DNA from: Planctomycetota bacterium
Lineage (GTDB): Bacteria > Planctomycetota > SZUA-567 > H5-PLA8
Reading direction: 5' to 3'
NCBI GenBank assembly: GCA_045863855.1
Contig: BTVV01000005.1
Span: 32,001-96,000 of the forward strand
Length of the DNA stretch: 64,000 nucleotides
The notes under the pieces were generated by a model that ran no database searches, had not been told where the DNA came from, and was given only the letters and a program-made list of their open reading frames with translations. Made by a program: the position numbers and the translations under genes. Position 1 is the stretch's first letter. Each line of letters begins with the position of its first letter. This document shows positions 27,449-37,518 of the stretch, piece after piece.

Positions 27449-29245
27449 ATGCCCGCCACGAAGCCGTTAGCCGCAGAGGATGCCGCAGTGGACACTCAAG
27501 CGCCGGCCATTCCAGTGGGAGACAGCGCCGCGGCGCAGCGCAGCGCCGCCTTGGCGCTGCATACGATCGTTTTCGTCTCCGGCGCCGCGCTGATGGGCAT
27601 CGAGATCGCGGGGTCGCGCATCCTGGCGCCGAGCTTCGGGACTTCCATCTTCGTCTGGGGCAGCCTGATCGGTCTCGTGATGGGCGCCATGGCGCTGGGC
27701 TACTGGGTCGGCGGCATCCTGGCCGACACGCGCCCCTCTTACACGGTGTTGGCCACGATCGTAAGTTTGGCCGGCGTGTACACCTTCTTCATGATTCCCT
27801 ATATGGGGCCGTGGTTGTGCGAAGGCGTCGCACGCAGCATCACGAGTCAGATGACCGGTCCGATTTTCGCCTGTACGCTGCTTTTCTTCGTACCGTCCTT
27901 CATGCTCGCGATCGTGACGCCCTTCGCGGTGAAGCTCTCGACTCGGCAGTTCACCAAAGTCGGCGGCGTGGCCGGGAGGCTGTTCGCGCTGAACACGCTG
28001 GGCAGCATCGTCGGCACGCTGGCGACAACCTTCCTGCTGCTGCCGAACTTTCATTTCACGAATACGCTTCAGGCGCTGGGCGTGGCGCTGGTAGCTTTCG
28101 CGCTCTTTACCTTGATACGCTTCAAGCAGGCGCTGAGCGGGATCACGCGCGAGGACCGGCACGGGCTGGCGCTGATGACGTTGATCCTGCTGGGTCTGGT
28201 GGAGTACTGGGCGATTTATCCGGTCGAACCGTGGGTTTCGCAGGGCCAGCGTCTGATGCACTACGAGGAGTCGGAGTACCACGACATCGGCGTCACCGAG
28301 TACGTGATGGACGAGGACAGCGGCCGCCTGCTCCCGCCGTACGACGTGGTCCGCTACCTGAAGTTCAACGAGAATATCGAGAGCGCGATTTTCCCTTACT
28401 GGTCGAAGTACCGCAACGCGGTGGGCTACACGGACCTCCTGCATCTGCCGCTGATCTGGAACGCGCAGCCTAAAAAGATGCTCGTGGTGGGCGGCGGCGG
28501 CGGTGTGGCGCCGACCCAGTACATTCAGGATTACGCCAGCATCGAGCGCGTGGACATTCTGGAACTCGACGACGCGGTGCGCCGCGTGGCACTCGAATAT
28601 TTCCAGATGCCGAAGGACTCGCCCAAGCTGAACTTCATCATCGGCGATGCGCGCGCGAACCTCGCCCGCGCCGAAGGCCCCTACGATATCGTGATCCTCG
28701 ATGCCTACAGTTCGGGCGGGCAGATTCCGTTCCACTTGATGACGTGGGAATTCATGCAGGAAGTAAAAGCCAAGCTGGCCCCGGGCGGTGTGCTGGTGAC
28801 GAACATCATCGCCTCCATCGAGAACGAAGCTTCGGGAGGCGAACGGAATGCCGACCTGCTGCGTGCCGAGATCAAGACGCTGCAGCACCCGAAAGAGAAC
28901 CCGCTCTTCAAGCAGGTGTACATCTTCCCGCGCGTCTACAATAAGGAAGGCGCCCTGCGCGGATACGAGACCGAGACGCGCAACATTATCGTCATTGCGA
29001 GCAACGAAGAGAAGCCCAAGTCGCGCGACGAGATCGTCGCCGCCGCCAAGCACCTGACCCAAGGCAAGAACCCCATCGTCAAGGTCGACAGCCGCGAATA
29101 CATCTGGCACGCGGAGCACTTTTTCGACCGGACCTTCACCGAGGCGGAACTTTCCGAGGTCGAGCCGCTCACGGACGACTTCGCTCCGGTCGAAACGATG
29201 TACCGTCCGGTGAAGCGCAACGAGACCACCCAGCGGCATTGGTAG
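27449..29245 (+). CDS. Fused membrane domain / spermidine-synthase-like SAM-dependent transferase
   Basis: About 7 TM segments then ESEYHDI, LVVGGGGG, LELDDAV, IGDAR, YDIVILDAY, IPFHLMTWEF, LAPGGVLVTN. Confidence 0.85.
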   Translation: MPATKPLAAEDAAVDTQAPAIPVGDSAAAQRSAALALHTIVFVSGAALMGIEIAGSRILAPSFGTSIFVWGSLIGLVMGAMALGYWVGGILADTRPSYTVLATIVSLAGVYTFFMIPYMGPWLCEGVARSITSQMTGPIFACTLLFFVPSFMLAIVTPFAVKLSTRQFTKVGGVAGRLFALNTLGSIVGTLATTFLLLPNFHFTNTLQALGVALVAFALFTLIRFKQALSGITREDRHGLALMTLILLGLVEYWAIYPVEPWVSQGQRLMHYEESEYHDIGVTEYVMDEDSGRLLPPYDVVRYLKFNENIESAIFPYWSKYRNAVGYTDLLHLPLIWNAQPKKMLVVGGGGGVAPTQYIQDYASIERVDILELDDAVRRVALEYFQMPKDSPKLNFIIGDARANLARAEGPYDIVILDAYSSGGQIPFHLMTWEFMQEVKAKLAPGGVLVTNIIASIENEASGGERNADLLRAEIKTLQHPKENPLFKQVYIFPRVYNKEGALRGYETETRNIIVIASNEEKPKSRDEIVAAAKHLTQGKNPIVKVDSREYIWHAEHFFDRTFTEAELSEVEPLTDDFAPVETMYRPVKRNETTQRHW

Positions 29246-29298
29246 ACGCGCAGGTGCAGCACCTAAACCTGGCCCCCTAGCGCCTCATTTCGCCCCTA

Positions 29299-29332
29299 AG
29301 CACCGGTGCAATCGCACCGGCGCTGCTTTTTT
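29299..29332 (+). terminator. Probable terminator
   Basis: CCGGTGC-AATC-GCACCGG hairpin followed closely by T6. Confidence 0.55.
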
Positions 29333-29393
29333 CATCGATTTCTGGAATGCGCGGCTTCCTGCGGCGACGCTACTTCAGGAGGATCGTTCGCGC

Positions 29394-30008
29394 ATGGCGC
29401 TGACCACCGACGCTCAACGGATACTGAACTCGGCCGAAGGCCAGGCCGGGGCCGGCATTCCCGAACCCTTTTGGCAGATCGTCGAACGTTACCGCGGCGA
29501 ACTGGTTAACCAGGCATACGCGATTCTCAATCATGTTTCGGACGCCGAAGACGTGGTGCAGGAAACCTTCTGCGAAGCGTTCCAGCAGCCCGAGAAGCTG
29601 CAGGGGCTGCGCTCGCTGGGCGCGTATCTGCGCGCGATCAACAAGCGCAACGCCCTCGATCGTCTGCGCCAGGACCGGCGCGAAGCCGACCGCGTGGAGC
29701 GCAAAGAGCGGCTCGCGCGCCCGCGGCAATCGACCACCGGCGGATTCACGGCGCTGGAACTTCGCGAATCGCTGACCCAGGCCATCGAGAGCCTTCCCGA
29801 AGCGCATCGCGCCGTGATGGTGCTGCGCTATTGGGAAGGCTTGTCCTACGAAGAGATCGCGGCGCGGTTGAAGCTGCCGACGACGAGCGTCTGGCGCGTG
29901 GCCAGTGAAGCGTCGGAACGGCTGTTCGGAACGCTGAAGCCGCAACTCGAGAACGGTTCCGCGCCTGCCGACCGCCCTACCGGCGAAGCGCCCACCTTGA
30001 ATCCCTAG
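29394..30008 (+). CDS. ECF sigma-70 factor
   Basis: IVERYRGEL...DAEDVVQETF...IESLPEAHRAVMVLRYWEGLSYEEIA. Confidence 0.92.
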   Translation: MALTTDAQRILNSAEGQAGAGIPEPFWQIVERYRGELVNQAYAILNHVSDAEDVVQETFCEAFQQPEKLQGLRSLGAYLRAINKRNALDRLRQDRREADRVERKERLARPRQSTTGGFTALELRESLTQAIESLPEAHRAVMVLRYWEGLSYEEIAARLKLPTTSVWRVASEASERLFGTLKPQLENGSAPADRPTGEAPTLNP

Positions 30009-30025
30009 AAACGAAGAGGTGCCCC

Positions 30026-31822
30026 ATGCCGGTCATGCTCGAATGCAGAAGCGTCGCCGATCTGATTCCCCCGTACCTCGAAGGTGCGCTCTCGCGCGAC
30101 GAGATCTCCGGCGTACAGGGGCACCTGCGCGAATGCGAGCACTGCCGCCAGCGCGTGCAGCGTTTCCAGCAGGTCCAGCACCTCGCCCAGAGCGTGATCG
30201 GTCCGAGCGTTTTGAGCCCCGACTTTCACATCACCACCGGCAAGCGCATCGAAGCGGTGACGGCATCGGCGGATCCCATTGCGGTCGCGTTCGACGACCT
30301 CGAGCCGGCGCCGCAGGGCTTCATGACGACCGTATCGCGCGGGCTGAGCGTCGCACCGTGGTGGGCGATCAGCGGCGCGTTTCATGCTCTGCTGCTCCTG
30401 TTGCTGACGCTGGTAGGTATGGCCGTATACAAAACCCAGGATCAGACGGTGATCGTGACCGACCTGGCCAAACAGAGCGAGCCCGAGGACCGGATCGAGC
30501 CCGTCAAGCGCGACATCTTCAAGAAGCCCGTCACCATGGATGCCACGATGGAAGTGACGGAGCAAGTGCTGGTGCAGCACGAGGAAGTCGAGATCGCCGA
30601 CCACGTCGAGACCGACCAGCAGATGGACATGAACACGGCGCAAGGCGAAGAGAACGCCATCGCCGACGTCCCGTTGGGCGGGCCGGGCGCGTTCGCCGGA
30701 CTGGGCTTGGGCGGCGGCGGAGGCGGCGCGTTCGGCCACCGTGTGGGCGGCGGACGCCGGCGCGCGGCGCTCAAGAACGGCGGCAGCCTCAAAACCGAAT
30801 CGGCCGTCGACGCGGGCTTGGCGTACCTCGCCCGCGTGCAGGAAGCAGACGGGCACTGGGACGTCAAGAAGCACGAAGCGACCGATGCCAAGCACGGCGG
30901 CTTCGAAGAAGCCGACGTCGCCGTCACGGGCCTGGCGCTGCTGGCGTTCCTCGGTGCGGGACATACCGAGAAGGTGGGCAAGTACAAGGACAACGTCAAG
31001 CGGGCCGTGGATTGGCTGGTGAGCATTCAGAAGGAGAACGGCGCGCTGGGCCCCACCGGGTACGCACACTCGATAGCCGGTATGGCCCTGAGCGAAGCGG
31101 CGGGCATGGGGCGCATCGAACGGACCAAGGAAGCCGCACAGAAGGCCGTGGACTTGGACAACGGCAAAGGGACCAAGTTCGCGGACATCTCCGAGCGCGG
31201 CGGCTGGGGCTACGGCTATACGCAGATGGGCGATGTGCGCGGCGACCTCAGCAACAGCGGCTGGCACATCATGTTCCTCAAGAGCGCCAAAGTCGCCGGC
31301 CTCAAGGTGGATCAGGCCTGCCTGGACGGCGTGCACCGCTATCTCGATGCCGTTGAACGCGGGAAGAAAGAAGGCGATCCGTACAGCGGTAATCTGTATG
31401 TTTATTCTAATGGCATGGGCGACGAAGGCATCAGCCCGCGGCGCACGGCCATGGGCTGCCTGGGCCGGCTCTTCTTCGGCTCCAAGCCCGAAGATCTGGA
31501 AAACGGGATTCAGTACATCATGGAGTCCGAAAAGGCGGGCTACGGATTGCCCAAGCGCCACAAGTGGAACAATCACGTTGAGATGTATTACGTCTACTAC
31601 GGCACGCTGGTGATCTTCCAGGCTGGTGGCGAACGCTGGAAGCAATGGAACGAGGCGCTCCAGGAAGCTCTGCTGCCGCACCAAGTCAAGGACGGCGGCC
31701 CCAAGGACGGAAGCTGGGATCCGAACGCCGGCTACGCGAAGCTTTGGGGCCGCGTCGGCGAAACCGCCTTCTCGGTGCTGTGCCTGGAAGTCTTCTACCG
31801 CTACCTGCCGATGTACCGCTGA
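30026..31822 (+). CDS. ZAS (zf-HC2) anti-sigma fused to a prenyltransferase/squalene-cyclase-like alpha/alpha barrel
   Basis: C...LIPPYLEG...HLRECEHC; TM WWAISGAFHALLLLLL; AVDAGLAYLARVQEADGHW, TGLALLAFLGAG, YYVYYGT, DGSWDP, LCLEVFYRYLP. Confidence 0.85.
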   Translation: MPVMLECRSVADLIPPYLEGALSRDEISGVQGHLRECEHCRQRVQRFQQVQHLAQSVIGPSVLSPDFHITTGKRIEAVTASADPIAVAFDDLEPAPQGFMTTVSRGLSVAPWWAISGAFHALLLLLLTLVGMAVYKTQDQTVIVTDLAKQSEPEDRIEPVKRDIFKKPVTMDATMEVTEQVLVQHEEVEIADHVETDQQMDMNTAQGEENAIADVPLGGPGAFAGLGLGGGGGGAFGHRVGGGRRRAALKNGGSLKTESAVDAGLAYLARVQEADGHWDVKKHEATDAKHGGFEEADVAVTGLALLAFLGAGHTEKVGKYKDNVKRAVDWLVSIQKENGALGPTGYAHSIAGMALSEAAGMGRIERTKEAAQKAVDLDNGKGTKFADISERGGWGYGYTQMGDVRGDLSNSGWHIMFLKSAKVAGLKVDQACLDGVHRYLDAVERGKKEGDPYSGNLYVYSNGMGDEGISPRRTAMGCLGRLFFGSKPEDLENGIQYIMESEKAGYGLPKRHKWNNHVEMYYVYYGTLVIFQAGGERWKQWNEALQEALLPHQVKDGGPKDGSWDPNAGYAKLWGRVGETAFSVLCLEVFYRYLPMYR

Positions 31823-31973
31823 ACCGGGCTCCGGCCGCGATCCCTCGCCGGCCGGCGCGTGACGGCGCGAGTTCCAAGCGAACTCGCGCCGTCTTCGTTA
31901 ATAGCCTTTCGCACTTGTCCTCCCTGCGTCTCGCGGCAGCATGAATCCTTCCATACACAGCGAGGAAGACGGC

Positions 31974-33128
31974 ATGACCCGGCGCGGCGAAGTGCGCGTG
32001 GCGATGATCGGCACGCGATTCATGGGCAAAGCGCACTCGAACGCCTGGACGCAGGTGGCGCATTTCCACGGCCGGCCGCTCAAGCCGGTCTTGCAGGTGC
32101 TCTGCGGGCGGGACCGCGCGCACGCCGAGACGCTGGCCGAACGCTGGGGCTGGAAGCACGTCGAGACCGATTGGCGCCGCGTCCTCGAACGCGACGACGT
32201 GGACGTGGTGGACATCTGCACCCCGAACAATCTGCACGCCGAACCGGCCATCGCGGCTCTGAAGGCCGGCAAGCACGTGCTCTGCGAAAAGCCGCTGGCC
32301 CGCAACGTAAAGGAGTGCTTGCCGATGCTGCGTGCGGCGGCAGCGGCGCAAGGGCAGCTCAATTTTGTCTGCTTCAATTACCGCCGCGTCCCGGCGCTGG
32401 CGCTGGCGCGCAAGCTGGTGCTCGAAGAACGCCTGGGGCGCATTTTCCACGTCCGCTGCGTCTACCTCAACAGCGGCGCGATGAATCCTGACGCGCCCCT
32501 GCGCTGGCGTATGCGGGCCGATGTGGCCGGCAGCGGGCCCAACGGCGACCTGAACGCGCACATCGTCGACGCCGCGCGCTTCGTCACCGGTCTGGAAATC
32601 GCCGAAGTCGCCGCCGGGGCGGAGACGTTCATCAAAGAACGCCCGCTCGCGGGGCAGCCCGGCCGCAAGGGCAAGGTCACCGTCGAGGACGCGATCCTGA
32701 TGCTGGCGCGCTTTTCCAACGGCGCAATGGGCAGCTTCGAGGCCTCGCGCTTCGGGCGCGGCTGGCGCAACAAGAATGCCATCGAGATCAACGGCGAGAA
32801 GGGAGCGCTGCGCTTCGAGTTCGAGGACATGAACCGGCTGAAGTATTTCGACGCCACCGCGCCGAGCCGATTACAAGGATGGACGGATATTCTCGTCACC
32901 GAGCCGGATCATCCGTATGCGGGCGCCTATTGGCCGCCGGGGCACGTGATCGGGTACGAGCATACGTTCATCAATATCTGCGCGGACGTGTTGGAAGCGT
33001 TGGGCAAGGGACCGCGCGCGATCGCGGCGCTGCAGCCGAACTTCGCCGACGCGTGCCAAGTCCAGCGCGTGCTCGACGCGGCGCTCAAGGCCGCGCGCTC
33101 CCGCCGCTGGGAACGGACGGGCTGCTGA
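31974..33128 (+). CDS. Gfo/Idh/MocA family oxidoreductase
   Basis: MIGTRFMGKAH, DICTPNNLH, GKHVLCEKPLA, FNYR, DLNAHIVD; GAGGA RBS before ATG 31974. Confidence 0.93.
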   Translation: MTRRGEVRVAMIGTRFMGKAHSNAWTQVAHFHGRPLKPVLQVLCGRDRAHAETLAERWGWKHVETDWRRVLERDDVDVVDICTPNNLHAEPAIAALKAGKHVLCEKPLARNVKECLPMLRAAAAAQGQLNFVCFNYRRVPALALARKLVLEERLGRIFHVRCVYLNSGAMNPDAPLRWRMRADVAGSGPNGDLNAHIVDAARFVTGLEIAEVAAGAETFIKERPLAGQPGRKGKVTVEDAILMLARFSNGAMGSFEASRFGRGWRNKNAIEINGEKGALRFEFEDMNRLKYFDATAPSRLQGWTDILVTEPDHPYAGAYWPPGHVIGYEHTFINICADVLEALGKGPRAIAALQPNFADACQVQRVLDAALKAARSRRWERTGC

Positions 33129-33132
33129 ACGC

Positions 33133-34236
33133 TCAAGCCAACGCCAGCTTGCCGATCGGCGCTTCCAGCCCGTTGGCCATCTGCCAGAAGCCCAGATCGG
33201 TGGGATGCGAAAGATCCACCGTGCCCTCGGCGCCGCTGGGGCCGAGCAGATCCGAGCCGTCCTGGAAGTGCAGGTGCCGATCGCCTTGGGCGGCGCGCGC
33301 GCGCACGACTTCGGCCTGATAGTCCAGCGTGGCCTGCCGGTTGGCCCGCGCCTTGGCGTCGTAGACTTCGCGCCCGTTGGGAATGCGCGAAATCACCAGA
33401 ATCGGCAGCTTCGGCGCGTGCGCGCGCAGGATGCCGATGAACGGATCCAGCGTGGCCTTGAGCCCCTCGAGATTCGAGTTCGCTTCGTAGTCGAGCACGT
33501 ACAGCCGGGGCCGCTCGATCTGCGTGATCAGGCGCGCCAGTTCGGGCTCGCCGCGCCCGTTCCCGCTGAAGCCGAGGTTCACGAATTCGAGGTTCAGCCG
33601 GCGGCTGAGAATGTTCGTCCAGGCCATGCCGGGCCGGCACGCGCAGCCGCCCTGCGTGATCGAGGTGCCGTAGACGACCACCTTGCCCTCGCGCGCCCAG
33701 GCCGGCGGCGGCGCGAGCGTCGCGTCCGGATCGAGGCCCACACGCAGCTCTTCCACGCCCTGATACAGCGGAAAGTACAACGTGAACGCGCGCTCCTGGC
33801 GGTCGGGCAGCGCGAGCAGCTCCAGCTCGTAGCGATCTTCGCGGATTGGGTACTTCGTGGTGTTTCCGTACACGGGTCCGGAAGCCGAACTGAAGTAGGC
33901 GTCGAAGCCGCACTGTCCGGTGGCGGGCATGTGCACCATCCCGGCCGGCGCGCGGAGCTTCACGCGCACCGCCACGCGGCGGCTATCGGTGCGGAAGCGC
34001 ACCTGCCCGCCGGCGGTGCACCACGCCAGGTTGTCCACCGGCTCGCGAATCGGTTCCGGCGGTTTGACCGGGAGGCGGCGGTAGATGCGGTCTTGGCCGA
34101 ACCAGGGGAATCCGGTCAATTCGAACGGCGCTTCATGCGGAACGTGCCACACCAGTTCCGCGGCGGCTTGAGGCCCGGCGGCCATCGCCTTGTCGTGCTT
34201 CTCGACCTCGATGCGCTTGGGTTCCGGAGCGGACAT
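33133..34236 (-). CDS. SGNH/GDSL hydrolase (GxDLY-type N-terminus)
   Basis: TAGGQVRFRTDS, GFDAY, YGTSITQG, NLGFSGNG, DLSHPTDLG; start ATG 34236 with RBS. Confidence 0.88.
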   Translation of the reverse strand: MSAPEPKRIEVEKHDKAMAAGPQAAAELVWHVPHEAPFELTGFPWFGQDRIYRRLPVKPPEPIREPVDNLAWCTAGGQVRFRTDSRRVAVRVKLRAPAGMVHMPATGQCGFDAYFSSASGPVYGNTTKYPIREDRYELELLALPDRQERAFTLYFPLYQGVEELRVGLDPDATLAPPPAWAREGKVVVYGTSITQGGCACRPGMAWTNILSRRLNLEFVNLGFSGNGRGEPELARLITQIERPRLYVLDYEANSNLEGLKATLDPFIGILRAHAPKLPILVISRIPNGREVYDAKARANRQATLDYQAEVVRARAAQGDRHLHFQDGSDLLGPSGAEGTVDLSHPTDLGFWQMANGLEAPIGKLALA

Positions 34237-34262
34237 GGCGTGCCCTTTCGGTTGGCGGCGGC

Positions 34263-35912
34263 TTACTCGGCTTCGCGCTTGCCCGGATCGCGCAGCGGCA
34301 TGGCGGCCGGCGCGCAGGCGCTCCCAGCCTCCGCGCGCGCCGGCTCCGTGAACGGTCCCGCTTCGCCCGCGCGCGATCCCACGGCCACGAAGCGTACCAT
34401 GTTCATCGCCGCGCGCAGGGGATTCGTCTGCGCGAACATGCGGATCAGGTGCCCCGGCGGCGTCTCCGTTTCGGCCGCCGGCAAGCCCAGCGCCACGCCG
34501 GCCGCCGCGAAGCGCAGCACCATCACCAGCGCGAAGAGACTCAAGAATACCGGCGGGCTGTCGAGACCCGGAGCGCCCGTCCAGTCCATCAGCCACGGGC
34601 GCAGGTAATCGTCGGTCAGCCAGTAGGCCAGGAAGCCGGGCAGACCCAGAAGCGTCGTGAAGGCCGCGATGCCCACCGACCGGCCACGCCCTTTCTGGGT
34701 TGTGTACGCGATCACCATCGGCCACATGAACAAGAAGACCCCGCAAAAGCCGAGGCTGCCTTGCACGAAGCCCAGCGTGACGAGCCCGAAATCGCCGGGC
34801 CCGGTGAAGAAGTAGTAAATCGGGCACAGCGCATGAACCAGCAGGCAGACGATCAACGGCCCACGGTGGCCGTGGTGGTCGGCCATGCGACCCCAGAGCA
34901 GGCTGAAGATGGCATAAGTGATCAGCGCCAGCAGTTCGCAGATCGAGAAATCGAAGATCCCCATCTCCACATGCAACCGCGCAAAGCGGAAGACGGCCGC
35001 GCCCATCACGCAGTTGGAGAGGTTCCAGAGCGCGTAGACGCCGATCAGAAGGCGCAAGTTAGGCGAGCGCAGGCTTGCCACAAGATCCTTGAACATGTTG
35101 CTGTTGCTCGGCGCGCGCACCGGAGCGCGGTGGACCACGCCCAGGAACAGCAGCGCATCGGCCACGCCCACCACCACCGCGAACGCGAAGACGATGAAGT
35201 AGCCCTGCGGATGATGGTGCGTATCGAGAAACCAGCCGAACCCGAAGCGCGACAACGCGCTGGCCGCCGAAGTGCCCACCTGCCGCAAGCCCCAATACCG
35301 CCCGGCCCACTCCGGCGGGATCAAATCGCCCATCCAAGACATCCAGGCGTTCGCGCCCATGCTGTGCGTGATGACAAACAGAAGCACCAGCGCCGCCAGG
35401 GGCCATTGAAGTTCGGCGCCCTTCCAATCCGGCCAAAGCAGCGGAATCGCCCCGATTACCAGCCAGACCAGCCGGCTGGCTCCGATCCCCCACAAAAACA
35501 AGCCGCGTCGAAAAGCGAAGCGTTCTTGAATCCACGCCCCCGTCAAAGCGCCGATTCCAGCCAGGCAACTCAGCCCCATGAAAAAACCGAGCTTGTCCAG
35601 CAGGCCCAAGTCTTCGAGCAGGAAGTTGAAGACCGTGCCCTGTACGGCCACGAAAAAGATCGAGCCCAACATGCTCGCCACGCCGGAGAACCACATACTT
35701 CGCAGTAACGCCCGTTCGGTGATGACCGCATGGAACCCTTGAGAGGTTGAAGTAGGAACAGGCAAACGCTGAGTGCCCTGCGACTCGCTGGGAGCGTCGG
35801 AGCACTCGTGCAAACCAGCCGGTACGGAAACTGGCATTGCGGAACCGGAGGCTTGACCCACGCCCTCAGGTTTGTTGCAACCTGTGTTTAGTTCATGCTT
35901 TAAGTTAGACAT
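34263..35912 (-). CDS. MFS transporter
   Basis: About 12 hydrophobic segments; AWMSWMGDLIP...GRYWGLR; WGRMADHHGHR. True start may lie downstream of 35912. Confidence 0.82.
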   Translation of the reverse strand: MSNLKHELNTGCNKPEGVGQASGSAMPVSVPAGLHECSDAPSESQGTQRLPVPTSTSQGFHAVITERALLRSMWFSGVASMLGSIFFVAVQGTVFNFLLEDLGLLDKLGFFMGLSCLAGIGALTGAWIQERFAFRRGLFLWGIGASRLVWLVIGAIPLLWPDWKGAELQWPLAALVLLFVITHSMGANAWMSWMGDLIPPEWAGRYWGLRQVGTSAASALSRFGFGWFLDTHHHPQGYFIVFAFAVVVGVADALLFLGVVHRAPVRAPSNSNMFKDLVASLRSPNLRLLIGVYALWNLSNCVMGAAVFRFARLHVEMGIFDFSICELLALITYAIFSLLWGRMADHHGHRGPLIVCLLVHALCPIYYFFTGPGDFGLVTLGFVQGSLGFCGVFLFMWPMVIAYTTQKGRGRSVGIAAFTTLLGLPGFLAYWLTDDYLRPWLMDWTGAPGLDSPPVFLSLFALVMVLRFAAAGVALGLPAAETETPPGHLIRMFAQTNPLRAAMNMVRFVAVGSRAGEAGPFTEPARAEAGSACAPAAMPLRDPGKREAE

Positions 35913-36111
35913 GAAGTGATCCGAGGAAAACCGACCGTGTAGCTTTTCCGACGAAACCCTTGAATTTATGACCAGTGAGTTCCATAATAGAGTACTACTT
36001 GATTGGGGAAGTCAAGGTTTGAGCGCTTGGATATAGTTGAAATACCAAGCGCAGCCTTGAACTTGCACGTCGCAAGTAACCTCAAATCGGTAAGTTTTAG
36101 GGTCATGATCG

Positions 36112-37500
36112 ATGCGCGCGTCAAAAATCATGGGACCGTTGGTCGGCGCCACGTTCGGTGGCTTCGGCTTGGCGGTGCTGATCGGGTTTGTGGCGAAGAT
36201 GGACGTGCTGGTGACGGCGCCGGGCGAGGTGCGCCCACGGCGCTACGCCGAACTTCGGCCTATCGTCGAGGGGCGCGTGATCGAGCTGTACAAGGGCGAA
36301 GGCGATTGGGTCAAGGCCGGCGAGCCGATTCTTAAGATCGATTCCAGCAAGGACGAGTACGCGAGGCAGAAGCTCAGGTCGCAGCTCAATGAGCTGGAAT
36401 CCAAACTGGCCGACTGCGAACGCGTGCGCAAGGAACTGCTGGCGAAGCTGGAGTTGGCGCGCGTCTCGGTGAAGGAGGCCGAGGCCGACATTCTTTCGCG
36501 CCGGGCCAAGGTGGCGGAATGCGAACAGGCGTTGAAGCAGGCCAAGGCGGCGCCGGAGGCACTGGAGATCCTGATCTGCAAGGAGAAGCTTAAGCAGAAG
36601 GAGATCGCCGAGCGCGACGCGAAGAAGTACCTGGAAGGCTGCCGCGAGCTGCTTGAGAAGGGCGTGCTTTCCGAACACAACTACAACAAAGCTTCGTCCG
36701 AATACGAGACTTCGCGCAGCGCGTCGGAAGTCGCGCGGAACGAACTGGATTTGCTGGCCAAGCAGCGCAACGTCTCGGAATCGGAAGTGACGGTGGCGTT
36801 CGAGAAAGCGCAGGCGCAGCTCGAATCGGCGCAGGCCGAATTGGCCGCCGCGCAGGCGCGCTCGGAGAAGCGCTTGCATGAAGTAGCGCTCGCCGAACTG
36901 GCGCTGGAAGACAAGCGCGAGGCCGAGCACCTCAAGTCGGAAATCGAGAAGCTCCAGCTCGAGGACCGCAACTTGGTCCAAACTATTTCCGAAAAGGTGA
37001 TGTGCGCGCCGATCGCGGGGCTGATCCACGACTTTCACGTGAAGATCGGGCAGACTGTCACGCACAAGGAACTGGCCGGATGGGTGTACGACACCACCGG
37101 GTTCCTTTTCTACGCCTACGCCAAGCAGGTGGACATGCCGGATCTGGCCAAGGACGAGCCGGCGCTCTTGTACCTCGACGCGCTCCCATACCGCAAAGAA
37201 GGCACCTTTGAGGCCACGGTGGTGGAAGTCGGCCAGGTGGCGCAGCCGCCCAGCGCCGAGTACGGCCCGTATTCGGGCTCGCTGAAGATTCTGGAAAGCG
37301 ATCCAACGCCGCGCACGCTGGTGATCCTTGAGGTGAAGCAGGGCGATCCGCGCGTCGAGAAACTGCGCGTGGGCTTCCCGGGCTACGCGGAGATCGTGGT
37401 GGGCCGGGCGAGCATCATCGAGATCCTGTTCGACATGCACGAGACGGGCGGCCGCGCCAAGCGCCCCGCGCCGCAGGAAGCCGCCCAAGCCGCGCCCTGA
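36112..37500 (+). CDS. HlyD-family membrane fusion protein
   Basis: N-terminal TM; APGEVRP, VEGRVIELYKGEGDWVKAGEPI; long coiled coil; APIAGLI; LDALPYRKEGTFEATV. Confidence 0.88.
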   Translation: MRASKIMGPLVGATFGGFGLAVLIGFVAKMDVLVTAPGEVRPRRYAELRPIVEGRVIELYKGEGDWVKAGEPILKIDSSKDEYARQKLRSQLNELESKLADCERVRKELLAKLELARVSVKEAEADILSRRAKVAECEQALKQAKAAPEALEILICKEKLKQKEIAERDAKKYLEGCRELLEKGVLSEHNYNKASSEYETSRSASEVARNELDLLAKQRNVSESEVTVAFEKAQAQLESAQAELAAAQARSEKRLHEVALAELALEDKREAEHLKSEIEKLQLEDRNLVQTISEKVMCAPIAGLIHDFHVKIGQTVTHKELAGWVYDTTGFLFYAYAKQVDMPDLAKDEPALLYLDALPYRKEGTFEATVVEVGQVAQPPSAEYGPYSGSLKILESDPTPRTLVILEVKQGDPRVEKLRVGFPGYAEIVVGRASIIEILFDMHETGGRAKRPAPQEAAQAAP

Positions 37501-37518
37501 TCCGCGCGCGACACCCGC

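Noticed and set aside
29300..29311. GCACCGGTGCAA shared upstream of two ECF sigma genes (also 62770-62781)
   Set aside because: The first copy is part of a terminator hairpin, the motif is GC-rich, and it is absent before the third sigma; chance is likely
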